DNA of 24,000 nt from Anaerovoracaceae bacterium. Its GTDB lineage: Bacteria > Bacillota > Clostridia > Peptostreptococcales > Anaerovoracaceae. The position numbers and the translations under genes are program-made. The notes below the pieces were generated by a model. That model was not told the origin of the DNA. It did no database searches and saw only the letters and a program-made list of their open reading frames with translations. Location of the stretch: contig CAXXMM010000007.1 in assembly GCA_963676385.2 (NCBI GenBank), forward strand, positions 38,096-62,095. The letters are read 5' to 3'. This document shows, piece after piece, positions 23,661-24,000 of this stretch (positions are counted from its first letter, which is position 1; the number at the start of each line of letters is the position of its first letter).

Positions 23661-23684
23661 AAAATGGCCGGTTTCCCGGCCATT
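23661..23684 (-). terminator. rho-independent terminator of the small membrane-peptide gene
   Basis: Perfect 10-bp stem AAATGGCCGG / CCGGCCATTT with a 4-nt loop. On the minus strand it is followed by UCGUUAUUAU. It lies about 40 nt after the stop at 23726. Confidence 0.7.
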
Positions 23685-23725
23685 TAGTATCAGAATGCTG
23701 TCAATATTTTTCACTTATTCTTGGT

Positions 23726-23890
23726 TTATTCTTCTCCCTTGCTGAACACATCCAAAATCCGATTGCCAAGCATCACCAGCCCACCAAGAACGATGAGTAG
23801 GGCGCCAAGTCCAATGGCACCGGCTTTTGTCACTGATCGGCTTTTGTCTCCAACTTTTTTTGGAGGTTTTATGGTAAAATTCTTTTTCAT
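23726..23890 (-). CDS. 54-aa small membrane protein (one TM helix)
   Basis: Hand-translated; it falls below the ORF-track cutoff. AAGGAG lies 7 nt before ATG 23890. The sequence is MKKNFTIKPPKKVGDKSRSVTKAGAIGLGALLIVLGGLVMLGNRILDVFSKGEE, followed by a stop and a strong terminator. Confidence 0.5.
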   Translation of the reverse strand: MKKNFTIKPPKKVGDKSRSVTKAGAIGLGALLIVLGGLVMLGNRILDVFSKGEE

Positions 23891-24000
23891 TTCGATTCTC
23901 CTTCATATGTATCCGGGTCAACCCGCAATTCGCAGGTGATTCATCACACTTTCTTCACTGTCTATTTTACGACTTATGAGGGCAAGAAGCAAGTTTTAGG

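Overview
This looks like a Firmicutes/Clostridia-style chromosomal segment. Every credible gene except one IS transposase is on the minus strand.
- 1-5.6 kb: a sigma-54 regulon with an amino-acid/amine permease, a PAS-AAA+-HTH enhancer-binding activator and a class-III (putrescine/GABA-type) aminotransferase. Three -24/-12 promoters can be read directly.
- 5.66-9.79 kb: GC-rich sbcC-sbcD, coupled by an ATGA overlap. sbcC carries an odd in-frame nested tandem repeat just after its zinc hook.
- 9.9-13.25 kb: a mostly AT-rich envelope cluster (TM protein, lipoprotein, bacterial PH-domain protein, large membrane protein) whose first gene overlaps a low-MW phosphotyrosine phosphatase gene.
- 13.4-20.4 kb: the accessory core. 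A KAP-family P-loop NTPase sits between the intact phosphatase gene and a displaced, truncated copy of the phosphatase 5' end. Next comes a one-promoter cassette: NUDIX -> HKD-nuclease/SF2-helicase/DUF3427 fusion -> 237-aa orphan -> Zn-ribbon/wHTH/NDT(TIR-like) protein. I do not recognise this cassette as any named defence system. It is the best candidate here for an undescribed anti-phage or nucleotide-centred conflict system.
- 20.5-21.7 kb: two lipoproteins.
- 21.9-23.6 kb: a complete IS30-family element with 25-bp imperfect terminal inverted repeats, a 13-bp flanking direct repeat and an extra internal copy of the right end.
- 23.7-23.9 kb: a 54-aa membrane peptide gene missing from the ORF track.
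No rRNA, tRNA or CRISPR array was seen. All domain calls rest on motifs read by eye and recalled family signatures; no searches were run.
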